A stretch of DNA of 64,000 nucleotides from Fimbriosthenelais zetlandica (taxonomy: Eukaryota): positions 16,430,001 through 16,494,000 of the forward strand of contig OZ365112.1 in NCBI GenBank assembly GCA_977030845.1, read 5' to 3'. Position 1 is the stretch's first letter. Every line of letters begins with the position of its first letter. Below the pieces are notes generated by a model. It saw only the letters and a list, made by a program, of their open reading frames with translations, was not told the DNA's origin and ran no database searches. The translations under genes and the position numbers were made by a program. Shown one piece after another: positions 1 to 14,600 of this stretch.

Positions 1-2793
1 GATGCCGCCAAGTCGGAAGCCACAGAGCTCTGATGAGTGGAGTTAAATACTAAGTCAATGCTAGACAAGCAAGACCCATTAAAGATGGATTCATATGAGT
101 GTAGTTAGACAGGACATTCCTAGCCTACAAACGCTTCTATGTAGCCGGATAATACAGCCTATAGTATAGAGCAGATTGGAAGAAAAAATACAAAGAAATA
201 AATCATATCAAGGCAAGAGGTAGGAGTGGGGAGCGCGCAAACGGTGTGTCAATATGGTGTGTCAGTAGTAAACCAGGGCCATGTCAAAACTCCAAGAGCT
301 GCACACAGCATGAGCTGGGGTAATCAATGCAAGTTACAAATCAAATATGCTTGAAAGCACCAATTGCTTGAGATATGTACAATGGGTGGACTCTTTTCTG
401 GGGAGAGGGTTTTGATTAAAAGACTCAGGGGCCAATGTCCCTCACTGATGGAAGTAAATCCAGAAAGAGATGAGGATTTCTGCAGGATTTATCCTCATGA
501 ATTTGGGCCACGAGTCGGTTACTATTAGTATGAAGCTTACTAAAGCTTTATTCTGACATTAACTTCTATTATCTCGCAGTTATAGAAATGGTTTATGAAC
601 AAAAGCACTTAGAATCTATCCGTACACTTTGCTGAAAGAGAACTGTTATACTTTACAGGCAATTTGAAGCAAGCTATAAGACAGCATCTCTAACGTGGCG
701 CTGCTTTGTACACATCTACCTAATTAGGCCCCCCAATTGACACTTGTCAAGCGTACCTGATTTTTCTCCCATAACCAAATTCTCAATTGCCACCTAAGCA
801 TTCCCGAAATCTACCTAAAGAGCTTACTTAGAGGCAATAGGAGTTCAGAACTTAAACCTATGGCAATATCCCTGAAAATCCATTACATTTTAAGGTCTCT
901 ATATCCATTACCAATGCTCTTATCACTTAGGGATTCTTAAGGTCTATCTATGAGATACATGCCAAGTTTAAGGGAAATTAGGACTTAAAATGAAATAAAA
1001 GACTTAACTTTCCTAATTAATGATTAAAATTGGGACTAGATTACTCATCTACTAGTCAAACAGTCATGCAAGTCTGACATCATGGCACAAGCAAGAAGCG
1101 AAAACAATCACCTAGTAAATCACATATGTTAATTAACAATTCCCATATGTTTTCTCTCAGAAATATGTATTATTTGTTTCAGCAGGAGCCAAAGAAGTAA
1201 AACATGCCAGGGAAGCTTTTTGAATTTCATGCTGCCGTTAGAAGCTGTCATTTCATTTTCAACATGTTGCTCAGTCCAAAATGCAGAGGCGAGTAAGGAG
1301 GCACAGATAGATTTCAGACCAACTTGTCCTAATGTTTCTTATAACATGAGCTAAAACTAAACGAGATAAGATCATTTGAAAAATAACTCTTATCCTCAGA
1401 CCATCTCTCTTTTCATAGCTACCTGTAAAACTTTGTATTCTTGCATCTGGAAAGCACAATGGTTCTTAATGATGGTTGGATGGTAAAGGTTTTTTGGCAG
1501 CCAATTCCAAATTTCACACTAATTCTCAAAATATTCAGTATTTTTCAAACCCACACAGAAATGCAGGATAATTGTTCGTATTTTTGATCATATATACTGT
1601 TAATATCAATTGTCGTGTAATGGATAATGGTACATGATATAATTCACGCTCATAGCAGCAAATGCCAAATGACAGGTACTGGAAGAGAATTTTCTCATAA
1701 TGGGATCAAACACACAGAAATCCATGCATTGAAAAGTATTCAACACAAATTTGGTAAACGAAACAAAAACTTATAAAACAAAAAAAGGTATTGAACAAAA
1801 ACAGGAGTCTAGCGACGTCGATGGGCAAAAAAACTGAAAGAGGGGTTGAGGAATTCAGGCCAACAACCTCTTGGACCAAAGTTCTAAAGAAAATTGTAAA
1901 TTATTCACTATCTACTCGAGATCAAATGAGAAGATATAAAAAAACATCTCTACTAGCATATTACAACTGGAAATTATCCAAAAAAATCCCAGAACTACAG
2001 AAGCTACTGCTCATCTACATGATACATTCACAAAATTTCAACTATTTCTAAAAATATATTTCTACACAACTAGATACTTTACATAGACTAACATTCCCGT
2101 GCTTTATCTTGAGAGAGAACTGTGCTGTCTCATCTCTCTTCCCTCAAGTGAAGTTTTTATTTTAATTTATCGAAAATACGCTTTTATCTAACATAAGACC
2201 CCAGTTCCAACTAAACTTTTCCTTCAGGTAAATTCTTCCCGATATCAACCTTGATAGAGATGAATTTCTGCTAAGATAAACCCGTATCTTATACTACAGT
2301 CCCTCCCATCCTCTTATATCACCAGGTCTAACTAAGTAAATCCTAACTTCATCCTACTTTTTTACTTCATGTATATTTTTCCAGACAGTAGGGCCATCCT
2401 AATTTTATATGCGAAACGTGCATTTTATAATATTACTATTATAAAATGCAGTAGCAATGATCTAAAACCTAGCCTCATCTATTCCTGATTTGGTCCAGGC
2501 TGTTTGGCAGGGTCCATGCTGCGCACTCAGGTCAACCTGGGCTGCACACCTACACAAAGTTTTAACTTTACCGCCGTTCTGTTTACTATAGGACCGTCAG
2601 CACCCGGCGATTCGGCTGCTTTAGCCTTTGCTTTTTCTTTTTGCATTTCCCTTTCCCTTCCTTTCTTCCCTTTCTTATTTCTCTTCATCCCTGCCCATGC
2701 GCCTACCCCGCATGCTCTCTCGAACATGCGGTCAGCGAATGTGGGCAGTGGATCTGTCGTTTGGAGAAGTCGAGATGGAATCTTTTGTAGTAC

Positions 2794-2914
2794 CTGGAGA
2801 GTAGATAGCGTGTTGGAAGCAGACTGCTTCTGGGAGCGGAGAGATGCGGCAACGTAGGCCAGATACTGGATCACTTTCTTTGTGTTTTCTGTCTTTCCTG
2901 CACCAGACTCACCA
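2794..2914 (-). CDS. Non-muscle myosin II heavy chain, coding exon 4 (P-loop GESGAGKT and start of loop 1)
   Basis: ttattgcag acceptor, then T GGT GAG TCT..., encoding [40 protein letters not shown], ending at CAG|gtacta (phase 0). The 5' boundary is firm. The 3' boundary may be alternative (see findings). The next conserved exon (GELE..LLQANPILEAFGNAKT) was not found in 1-2500, so the gene runs off the window. Confidence 0.92.
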
Positions 2915-5900
2915 CTGCAATAACAAGAGGAAAGGAACATGACAAATCAGAACGACCAAAAATATAATCAACTTAAAACTTTCTATCATGCAACAAATAT
3001 CACATTGAGTTCGCCTTCTTTTATTGATCAATGATGGTCAGGTTTGGTAAATTATCTACCATCGAAAGCAAATGGACACTGAAAAGAAGACAGATGGTTT
3101 TCAGGCAATGATGTCCAGAGACCTGTGCATTGGCCAGTCTATATACATGTAGCCTGTGGGCATGTAATGTGTCAAATATGAACATGGGAATAATAGAGGG
3201 TTGTGGTTAGACCACATTCTTCCTCTATTGAGTCATTGCATGAGCCATAGCCCAAGGTCAAAAGAAGCGATAATTTTTGCTGTTTTTAAAAAAGGAATTA
3301 CTACGTTTTGGGGAAGCGACATGTTGAAGCCATGGAGAGCACAATATGAAAATTATGGGGGTAATACCACATTTCTAATATATATCTATAATTATTACAT
3401 TTTCAGTGCTACAAGTATCAACTCATGAGCAAGGTCGACTTGCTGATTCGTGGAAAGTTCCCCAACATTTATACTACCTCTGAAAATTCCGTCATGTATG
3501 TTTTATAGATCATCAATTACCTGCCAGAGCTGAAATCTAAGCTTTCCACAAGACACACTCAGACATGTCTGCAGCTTTATGGAGTCTCCCTCCATCTTGC
3601 CAGACTGACTGAGGAGGGAGAAAAAGAGCTTCCACTACTCATCCCTCTACCCAAACCCAATACCTTAGAGTACTAAGTGGTCATCATTCACAGCTTACTG
3701 TTCGTCCCACCCAAGTCACTACACATACACAAACCCAAATAGCTGACACCATTTCCACCCAACCTCTCTCTGACACCCTCCTCTTCCTCAATGGTGGACG
3801 ACCCCAATAACTATTAAAAGGGCAAAACAGAAGTTTTCTGGTGAACTTTCAGTCAGGTCAAGCATTTAATTGAAATCCTTCACCGCTCAAGCATATCACC
3901 GATATCGATTTACACTATTTTACATTTTCCCCTGCCCTCCTGCTATTTGCATTGGTGATCTATGGATTTGAACTTGGATCATTGGGATCAAAATAGAGCG
4001 CCTGTTTGATATTCTAAAGCCTCTTCAGCAGCAAAGTCTTAAATCTATTGACTGATCACGAACTCTGGGCAAACATGTCAAGTCTTTCTTCATGAAGGTT
4101 TTTCAGGTAACGCAAAGCTTCTGCTGACCCATTACAATACATTTTGGCAATTTATTCCAGACATTGTTGGGTTTGGCAGTAGGAGTGAAATGGCTGACTG
4201 GCATATTACCTCTACACCACTAAGACTTTATGATAAAGCTCAGGTAATATGGTGAGAGGGTATGAAACAAGGCATGACTCATCAGTAATGGAGAGACAAG
4301 ATCAGTGATCTATTCTGTACGAATTGCCTATATGAGAAACGGAGTTGGCGTCTTTAAGAATAGACGTAAGTGCTTGAACATAGTGAATTTTTAACAATAA
4401 TTTGTTTCATGTATCTTGATGATGCATGATGGTAATGGACTGTCAGAATGTCTTGACCTTGGGTGGTAGAAGTCCTACAACTTGACTACCGGTAGTTTTC
4501 TACAGAGGTAGGTGTCTGGCTGGTGGGAATGGAGGAGTCTGACTCATCGTCCACTCACCCAGTCATTTGTGGCCAGCACACCAGCAATAGATCCATCAAA
4601 CTGGGCTTTCACACAGGAAAAAAATCCCAGCTTCTGAACCATTGATGGAAAGAGATGGGGCCAGAATAAGCTTTGTATTTGTATGGGAACAAACCGGTCT
4701 ATGTACAAATTGACGTCCTGGATCAGTACAGCCTAGAATAGGTGGTTTGATGGGTGAGAGAAGAGTTTGATACATGGGGTGAAGTGGTCGGCTTAACAGT
4801 TAATGACGCAAGTGAGTTACCAGCCAGTGAGTCTTATCAGACATATGGGTAAGACTATCCAGGAATTTAGGCAGTCAAATCTGGTATGATATTTCAGATC
4901 TGTAAGGCATCTTTTGATCAATGTAAAGAGCAGAAGATATGAGAAATGCTATAAATACTATCTCATTGACGTCAAGAATTCAAACTATGCATATATGCTT
5001 CAGTTTATTCTCCCAGGTCTGGTGTAGAACTTCATCAGAATAAATAGAAAATATTTACATTGATTTCAGACAAAATATCCTGATCAGGAATCCAAAACAG
5101 CTGGCGGGACACAAGGTTGGGACATTACAATATCATTTGGCGAGATGGGAGGACTAATAGCATTTCCTGCTATCACTCTATTTCAAATTGATGCTGTTGT
5201 ACATTATTAAAGCACCAAGCTTTATGGGCTTCGTGTTTTACAAATAATGAGGGAAAAACTTGGTGGAGCCAGTAATTTCCTTGTAATGACTAGACAAACT
5301 ATCAACATTGTGAACACGGCAGAGTAGGAGTGTTAACCAATGAGCACATGTCAGGTCAACGTGGTCATAAATTTGTTATGTTTTGAGAGGGAAATGGCAA
5401 GGATGTGATTGATCCATTCCCTTCCTTCTCTTCATCTGATTACATGGACATCAGTTTCACATGTTACATAGGAATGAGCTTTAACTATGACCGAAACCAC
5501 AAAGATAAGCAGATACCCGAGTCATAAATGACTACGGTGGTGTTTACTCACATATCTGATCATGTGTTGGTTTTGTACAATTTATACATACATTATAGGG
5601 GATGACCAGCAGGATGACGCCATTCCAATAATCAGCATAACAAACAACCTTATCAGCCCCTACCGCAAATATTTGGAAAATTTTATGTCATCGATGCATG
5701 AGCTTTTGCACAGGATCATCACATATAATGAATGAAATAAAGTGATCTAGATAGTTATGGTGGTATAGTAAGGATGTGGACTAGATATGGATGTATACTG
5801 AGGTATTAGGTGGCTGATAATTAGGCCTGGGCAAACTGGAGGATGCACAAGATCCTGGATCCTGGATGCGTCTATCAGTAACATGTTAGAGTAACATGAT

Positions 5901-8049
5901 AAAATGTGTAGCACATAGTGAGGGTCTGGCTAGGATGAAGCGTGTGACGATAGGTCATGTTTTATGTCCAATACTCGTCCCTCCACACTTTCTGTGAGAG
6001 CAGAGTGATAAGAGATGCATTCAGACCTCAAAGCTTTTCCCTGTTTATTTATGGGTAGTTGTGGAGAGATCATTCATGGGGAACCCAAACCTTCTTTCAA
6101 TTAAAGTTGGGGTCCTCTCAAGCGAATAAAATTCATTGTGTAAAATGATTAATATCATCCCATATAATCTCACGGGGGTTGGCGAGGTTAAACCAACACC
6201 TATTTTGGTATATCTCAATTTTTATTGAGTTCAGTCAGTTGACTGATGTCTAACATGATTCTCATATGTTCCAATGAGGAAATAAATTTAGCAAAAAAGA
6301 AAAAGAAAGGATGGACGTTACAACATATATTGAAAATAACTTTGTGAAATAGTTTCATGCTACCATCATCCTCTGCAGACTTCTTTTTTATGTTCTAAAC
6401 CCATTCTCAGGACGCTAGACCATGATGTGGGGTTTGATTTTTTTTCTTTTAAGAAGCCGCCGTTGAGTTTGTGTGCCATGTGGAAATCTCTTAACACTTA
6501 AAACAGCTTACAACTTAAAATGCTCAAGACCACAAGTCACGCTAGCTGAGGTCCCTCTCCACTCTTTCCACACCAGGCTCTTTTTTTGTCCCAGCATTAA
6601 CCCTTGAATATTTAACTAAGCTCCATGCTCGGCCACAACACAAACGTTTGCCAATTTATACAACCACTGCTAATTGAGGCACACTGAATTCATGCGTTTA
6701 AATGAGGCATGTAAAATGTGAATGTGTGAAAATACAGGATAATTGTTTAAACAGTTGTACTCTGTTTGAGAAAAACTGTGGGCTAGATGACCGAGAGATC
6801 CTTTACTCGTTTCAAACACATGTCGGACTGGTCTTTTGAAGATTGTGGTCTGGAGTACACACCCACTTTTTAAAGGATTTCTGGGAAGGCGGCCATTCTC
6901 CAGGAGAGGGAATCATGGTGGAAAAATGGCAAGACTTCCAACCTTGCCCACCCTGACAATGGATGGCCATTTAACTTAGAGGGGAATTTACCAAAAAAAA
7001 TAGTCCTAGTTCTGAACCACTCCCGCTGACCAGGCACTCAGAGCTACTCAGTTCACATCAACCTAATCCTTCAACATTCAATGTGAGAGGACAAGATGAC
7101 AAAGATGATAGAAGAACGTAGATCTAAACGAGGTCTCTGAAAGAAGCATTAAAGAAGTTCTTTGTAAAGTTGGATATTTTATCCCTGGTCCTTAGTAAAA
7201 AGGTTTAGTTGCAGGGTGGGGCAACATTCTAATTATACATGTATGTATCTCACTATGACGCAAACATTCTATTTCCCCACCTGCAAAAACAGATTACCCC
7301 TGTAAACTTGCCGAGGACCTTGCCGTATGACCACAAGTGAAAAACATCAAGACACCAATTGATTCGGCCAATAGTAGTCGAAGCAGATATTTCAGCGCAA
7401 TTTGACATTGTGAATGGGGAGTTTAATGTCGCAGGCAAGGGGAAACTTTTATCAGCTGGTATAGGGATGGTGGGGAATATATTACTGGCTAGCTACCAAC
7501 ACGTGTCCGCCTTTTTACCTCTGATTAATGGTGTTATTCGCATGGACAGAATCAAACCCCGCCGGCCTCAGCCTTTCTTCCTTGTGGCGCAAATAGTTAA
7601 TCAAATGAAGGTGGCAACAGCAGGTAATGTAACCAACAAATCAGCAGATCCTCCCTACATATCTACATCTTAAGATGCATATATACAATACATCTCTCAG
7701 GTCGTAGTAGCAGCAAGACAAACCATAAACAAGTGTCTTTTTAACTCTGATGCTATTCCCACCATATTCCTTCCAATTTTAATGATGCTATCCCTTTGAA
7801 TGCATATATCGGATATCTTAATGGAGGCCACAGTAAGGATTTTTGGTCTATATAAAGACTATCTATCCTATTCATGAAGCCCCTTTCAATGAGCATTAGA
7901 TACAAGTGCTCCTTCATCTGAGCGGACAATAAGCAAGCAGGAGCCCGTGTAAATCACGAGGGAAGTAGAAGCAGTAATCATGAGGTGTATTATCACCCTC
8001 AACACCGTGTCTACTCGAGCATGGTACAGGTAGCCAGGGGGATTCAAAT

Positions 8050-8420
8050 CAAACTCTAACCCAGAACCAGGTACCCTTGATCGATGGGCAAATGTGTACA
8101 ACGTACCTTAGTAAAGTCAAGAACCTTTTCTACTAGATATATAATTTACAAGGGCATTAAAAATCATATCCTATGGTTGTCTGAAAGGAAAGCAATGAGG
8201 AAATGCCTGGCAATAAAGGTATTCCATTGCTTTTCAGGGAAAGACATATCAAACGCTTTCCTTCAACATTCCCCGAGATCCAAGCACGGATCATGATACT
8301 CCTCCCTACCACCTTCACTCATCCATCAGACCTGAGAGCCAGAGGCAAACTGAACCTCCTTCAAACTACCACTGGCCGTCAAACTTATACTTCTGACAAA
8401 TGCCTTCATCTTCCTAACCC
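8050..8420 (+). mobile_element. LINE 3'-end remnant (CR1 group)
   Basis: ALKIISYG-like and LRARGKLNLLQTTTGR segments resemble the CR1-type C-terminus (ALRII...LR...L.LP...T.R). Confidence 0.4.
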
Positions 8421-8699
8421 TGACAACCATCTTTGAATGAGAGACATTCAAAACATCACTCATGTTATTCCTGCTTAATGTGAAAATGGCGATGAAGGTT
8501 CTCCAATAGCAAAGACACGTGCGAGTGAAGACCTCAACAGTACACTGCCTATGGGATGTTTAGTTTCTCTATTTATCATATGGCAAATCGCACTGGTCGG
8601 GATCCCTGGCATTGCCTTCCATCCATGCATTCCACGTGGCTTTTTACATCAAACACTATCTGGTATTTTGTTTATTTAATAAAGCCCGAGTTGGCCCAT

Positions 8700-10700
8700 A
8701 GATTCTGCGGGCACGGCACCTCGTGTAGCATTCTTTAACCTGATCCATGGAGGACAAAAACTAAGTTGCTAAGACAACCGTTTTGTAATCTGGCTGTCAT
8801 CTCTTGCCACCTCCCACTGGCAAAAATTCTCCAGCCTCCTACAACTCAACGGGCAGCTCTCAAGTAGTGCCCCTAAGAAATTCTCTTAAGAAAAGGCAGA
8901 ACATGCCAGCGAAAGAGAATAATTCTTACAACTTTCTCAGTTTTGACATCAACAAATGTTTTCATGGCGATGAGAATGTTGCTCAGGACTGGTTGAACTG
9001 TACAGGTTAGTGGATGGGAACTGATGTTGATGATGAAAACCTACCTGAACCACTTGTTGTGGTCTAAGATAAGGTATATGTAGCTCACCTGTCCCTAGCC
9101 TGAGTCCCACCCAGCAAGGGGGCTTAGGCTGCAGACATTTTAGCTTACTAGCATGTATCCATGTATCTAACAATACATTGATACCACTAATCGCTTCATA
9201 AATGGTGGGGCTGACCTTCAGCAAGAACTTCAGTAAAGACTAAGATTTAACATTGTGCTATGGAAAATAATTGCATTGTTTATAAAACCCGCCCTACGTG
9301 TAAGTTGCTCATATCACATAGCACTTAGAACATTAAAACATCCAGGAGGAGGGAGTGCTAGAAGGTTCTTTTTCCTCGTCTCCTTCAGCCCAGATAAGAA
9401 ACAGGATGCCACCAACTGACAAGTTGCTACAAAGTTGGATCTTGAAAGTCTTGTATTAGACTGGGGCAAGTCCCCGCCTCAGTAAACGATGAGAACCAGG
9501 GAAAGCATAGTCTGTTCCCCGTCCTTTGTAAAGTTGACCTTCATGGACTCAATATGGAAAAACTTGTATGTGGCATTGAACACAAGTCGGCATAGAGTGT
9601 ACACTCCAAGGTGGTGAGGCGGGGATGTAGGAAAATCAAAAGGCAGAGGAAGAAGTGTGCTACTGCTGCTGCATCTGGCAGCAAACATACAAGCACAAAA
9701 ATACACAAAGTTTGCTTGTCCTCTCTTTTTTCTTCCCGTCAGCCATCACTTCCTCCTCCACGAGTCATTTTTTTGTCATCTCGATACAGGCTACAACAAT
9801 AAACGTGTATATTGCTGAATGGAGAGGTTCCGCCGCCACTAACTCCTCCTCCTGCCCCTCGTCCTCCTCTCCTCCCTCATCTTCCTTCAGGGATAACCAC
9901 TGCAGGGATTTGCTACATGGTGCGGTGGAGCTCAGGATCAGAGATGTCTGGTTCCTGGACTTGATGCCCCATTTCTATAACCCTTCCTAAGATAGCTCAT
10001 ACAATCTGATACAAGTTATTTATTGGAAGATTAGATTTCATGGAGGAATATATGCAAGGGTTTAATTATAATAAATTACAAGGAATGTCATCTCTTCTGA
10101 ACTGATATTGATACACACTTTTTAAATTCCAAATAAAACAGAAAATATGCGACCAATTCATCAGTTCATGACGTGTCGTTTGAACTGGATAAAACTGCCA
10201 GAGTTTATAAGAGAGACGCTCAGATCTGGAGTTGAGAATACGGGGAATGGTGGATCCCGTGATGGCAGTAATTAAAACATATGAGGATGTGAATAATATT
10301 TGACGATCCTCCGAGTCAGTTCTATGTGCCTGGGGCATGAGAAGAGGAGCAGAACATGACCACCAATGTATTTCCGCATAAAACCATGTTACATCCAGGT
10401 GTGTAGGCTTTCAGTAAACAGTCGGCACACTGTACAAAACACATAAAATATTTCCACTTAGTTAGAGCTGGGCCAGGTAAGAGAGAGAAGATGGAAGCTA
10501 AGTCGTGATGATAATAAATAATATTAGGTCCACATTCCAGCGACGGATCCCACCGTGCTAGTGCAGACATATTTTATGTACCATTTGACCTGCGAGAGTA
10601 GTTCTCCTAAGAAATGGAAAGCATTCCACATACCTTTTCCAGGAAGAACAATTCTTCGTCAGTTGTCAAGTTCTGCAGAAATGTCTAGGCCTTTGGTTAG
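8700..10700 (-). mobile_element. Degenerate piggyBac-like transposase remnant
   Basis: Motifs in the expected order on the minus strand: LKAYTPGCNM (~10420; cf. YTPG.NL.VDE), VKYYSHPHMF (~10290; cf. DNYYSSP.LF), KPPCWVG...LGTGELH...YLRP (~9060-9130; cf. KP.CV..YN..MGGVD) and NKWFR*VF (~9040-9060; cf. KKW.R.VF). Heavily decayed; no TIR pair confirmed. Confidence 0.5.
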
Positions 10701-11649
10701 ATATTCTAATAATTGGCCCCTAGATTATATATTATTGCCGGTAGACATCCATTTCATACACCATATCGGCAGAGTCAGAAATATAACTGAGCTACACCCG
10801 TCTGACAAATTTTAGTGAATAGTTTTTCTCTGTGGCGGTTTCGCTTTTCACAGTACGTCTTACTTCCCCTGGCGTGTCAATACATTTTAAACATTCCTAG
10901 ACACCCAGGACGCTGGAGGTGAGGAATGGAAGCCTCCTACTAAGGCCAGGTTCCATCAAGATATTGTCAGAATGTATCAACAGTGTTGTTAAGTTAAAGT
11001 CAGCAAAGTCTTTAATCATCTAATAAATATTGCTTCTGGAAGTTCGTGCTTATCGTATGCTTCTAATGTTACAGCCAGTTCATCGAGACCATTTCTCTTT
11101 TCATTACAGTCTGAGGGGATTCTGGAAGAAGATGGTGTCTTGGATGGGCTAGAGTTAAATAAGAATAAGAATCAACTGATTAAATTTTCAGTAGCATCAA
11201 CAATTTCATTTGAACTATGACCAGCCCGAAAACTGGAATGAAATTAATTTCCATACCATCCTACTAAAGAGAAGGTTAAATGAAGTTTGAAACACAGGTC
11301 CTAGGGCCCAGTATTCGTCCATTCAGGTCATGGTCTTGATAAGGACCTATCAATAAGCTTCATAATTCTCGATCGTCTCTCATGCTAGGACCACCCATGG
11401 GAGCCACCCAGATTGACATACTGTAGGAGGTGTCGGAGGAGGATGCCTGCGACCTTGACCCTTGACCTGAAGCTGGAGCTGACAGAGTCAAGACTGGTGG
11501 ACGTCTTCACAACACAAGACATCATTTATCATCACCCGCCATAACATAACCTGCTCAATACTGGACATCAACTACGCTCCTTTTAGCATAGTATACGAAG
11601 AACTTCTGTCAATGTCAGCAATTTGACCAGACTGATCTATAAACAAGAT

Positions 11650-11880
11650 CATCTTCACCCAAACTTCCAATTTGAGCTTCAGGGTCCTTGGGATGCTCTG
11701 ATCAATCAAGTCAGATCTGTTGGGAGTCTGTTCCATGGACAGCAGCATGGTATTAATATGGTAATGAGTGTCAGTAGTAGGGCAGCCTCCATTCTACACA
11801 CGAGTTGGGAAGTGAGTAAATTGAGTCAGTGTCAGCAATAATTGGCAGGCGAGTGGACACGGATGATGGGGCGGTGCCAG
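11650..11880 (-). mobile_element. LINE APE endonuclease fragment
   Basis: The minus strand reads LTLTQFTHFPTRVENG, resembling the APE motif LTQLV.FPTR. The remnant may extend to about 10900. Confidence 0.4.
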
Positions 11881-12699
11881 TAATAAGCTATCAATTAGTC
11901 AGGTTATGAGGGTGAACACTTCCTACATACCACCAGATCCACCATGTCATAACGTGAGGTGCTTCATTCACATGTTCCATGGTCACTCCCATCAACCACT
12001 GAGGTGATCTATGCTCCTCACTTCAACTTATTATGAAGCTGCTGAATGACACACTTAGTGAGTACGTGCAAGCTCAAGCACGTGAACGTAAACGTTTTAC
12101 CTTAACGCACCAAGTTCTTGACTGCGTGCTGGGGTGCAATAATAAACCAGTGTCTAAAAAGTAGACGACATTTTACTAGTAAGTGATCTTTCAGACCGGA
12201 AATGGGGCACGGGCGGTAAATTACAATAGTGCCTGCTGTCACCGTCAGTCAGAAGTGGGAAGTGTGCCTGTCTCTTAGGAGAGGCTAAAAACATCCATCC
12301 TACCAGCATCAGCTGATCCATGGTCCTCTGAGGTGGTTCAGTATCATAAATCAACTAAACCAGAAACCTAAAAGGTCTGACTATACCTCTGCATCTCCAG
12401 AAACCCTAGAGCCAAATCTAAGGGGTAAACCCTAAAAGTTAGATCATCTAAAACGACAGGATCTTAATTTGCATCTTTTATTTTGCAAAAGGAGTTGCTC
12501 TTGATCTTCAACTTATAACTGTCAATGTCTCTAAGATGAATGTCAAAGACTAAAGGTCGAGCTGGTATATAACCCTGGCTCAGACACTGAAAAGAGCAAT
12601 AATTCATCTGAGAGCCAGTTAAAAAGTACATTCATCAGCGGCTTCAAGGATGGGTTATCTTGGCGAGAATATGTGCTGATCCCATGTTATGTCCTCTAA

Positions 12700-14600
12700 A
12701 CCAGAATCAGATGAGGCGGGATGAAAGTCAACCGTTGCTAAGTGTTTATTTTCTGGTATCTGGTATGTATTTGTCAGGGGTGTGGAGAGTTATGATTAAT
12801 GAGGGAAGGATTTATACACTGCCGAGTCCATCCATCAAAAACTTGCAGCTCCAGTGGACTCAACAAGGGGGATTATGAAGGATAGAAGATAGTGGTAATC
12901 TCAGAGAAACTCATTGTGAAATATTGACATTCCTTAACGCTGCCAGACCAATAGGATCTCCTCCCCTTCAGACATCCCAGCTTTCAGATCAAAGTCAAAT
13001 TATTCACTACATGATTTAAGAGGGTAAACGAGTGGATTTAAAAGCCATAATGCTAAATTCTCAGAGCTCAGTTAGAATCCAAGATTTGCCTCATTCTTGG
13101 AAATCTAACAAAAAGCCAATTAAGATTGATCCATCGACACATGGAATCCAAAAAATTCCCAGAACCATAAATACACCAGACAAATATCAGCACTGTATAT
13201 CCTGTGTGAAGATAGACTGGTGGACATATACGCACTTCATTGGGCAGCAAATATATTATTCACTTCCCATACCTTGGCTGGAATTTCCTCTGAAATGAGT
13301 GAGGGAGCCTTAGTAAAGAGAATCCAGTGAAGATTTACTGTTACTTTAGCCAGCGGAAGGCAGGGCAGACGAGTACTGGTCAACTATCTCAACCTGTCCT
13401 TCACATCCAGGAATTTACTTGCCAATTTTCCCCTATCACCTCGAGGAGGAAATTTCACGGGAGGTTCGTAACAAGGTGCCATGAACCGCTATAATAGGAT
13501 GGTACATAACTTTGATAAGGCTCAGGGATCTAATATAGGTGAGGCGAATAAGAATTATGATCCGTGAACTTCAAGGATAATCAATGGTGGGAATTGGAGG
13601 ATAAACATGATTCCTGAAGCAGTGGATTTATGGGACAGTGAAAAAAGGAGGTATGTGCTCATGAAGGCACGTTTGAAAGATGATAACGTTCATGTATGCT
13701 CGAAAATCATAACGTGAAAGAGGGATGTGTTTAGCGAAGTTCAAAGCCGGAGAAGGAAATGAGAATTTTTCCATTTTTTGAGACAATGCTCGGTCTATGA
13801 GACTGGAATGACTTGAGCGTCTTCCTCCAGGGTGGAATATGGATCACCTCTACAGGCATGGTTATAATGATGATAATGCTAGCAGCGGGACGAGAAGGGT
13901 TAGGTGGGATGGTTGTGAGTTTCTCCAGGTGTTAATGATCACACCTGGCCAGGTGGCCACGCCGTGGAGGAGTGGCTGGGGTATATACAGTAGTGTGAAG
14001 CTTGCCACATATCCATACTCCAGCTCATAAACCAGGCATCATAGCAAAGTTCATTCAAACCTAATGAACAAACACCCAATGATTCCCTCGGTGTTGAAGA
14101 TCTATCGATTGGGTGATGTTCAGCAAAATGAGTAAAATTAGGTTACTAATCCACTGAACATCTTGGAAGAAGGACGGAAGGTCAGTGCGAGACAAGAAAT
14201 GGCAAAAAGTTATTGCCAAGTTGCCAGAGTAATAATTACTGTCAACAGGAATATAAAGGGCTCGAACAGAGCCTAAAAGATCAGCAATAGGAAAACAAAC
14301 TCCAGGGAGTCTCTACATATTTTATGATTGCCAGATAATATCCAGGCCAGCCCAAAATTCACCAGCCATGATATATATATTACCATCTTGACAATGGGCC
14401 AGAGATGGGAGGGAAAACACTTAATGCTTTTCCCCATGGCAAAAAGGACACTAGGTATAGCAGTATACCAGGGCCGGGCCACCAGGTGTTTATCTGATAA
14501 CACTGCTTGATTGTGTTCTGGAGAAGGAGCTGTCTGATGATACAATCTACTTTTTCTTACTCTTATATGATTTTCTTCTATGTACAAGGGTTATCTTGCA
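12700..14600 (-). mobile_element. Degenerate L1/Tx1-like LINE ORF2 remnant
   Basis: Weak collinear motifs: AMGKSIKCF (cf. EGEKSTKYF), EHCLKKWKN (cf. E..AVK.MKNNKSPG), IGFLLDFQE*GK (cf. LDFEKAFD) and KAGMSEGGDP (cf. RGVRQGCP). Confidence 0.35.

Noticed and set aside
330-620. Possible Penelope RT fragment on the minus strand (HLFLDLL...SKPS)
   Set aside because: The similarity is too degenerate to support a feature call.
2504-2857. 117-aa plus-strand ORF
   Set aside because: Antisense shadow of the myosin exon 4 and its purine-rich extension.
10285-10320. TDSEDRQILFT peptide resembling the myosin DREDQSILCT exon
   Set aside because: No splice sites and poor identity. The true exon is at 16782-16809, and this lies in the piggyBac-like remnant.
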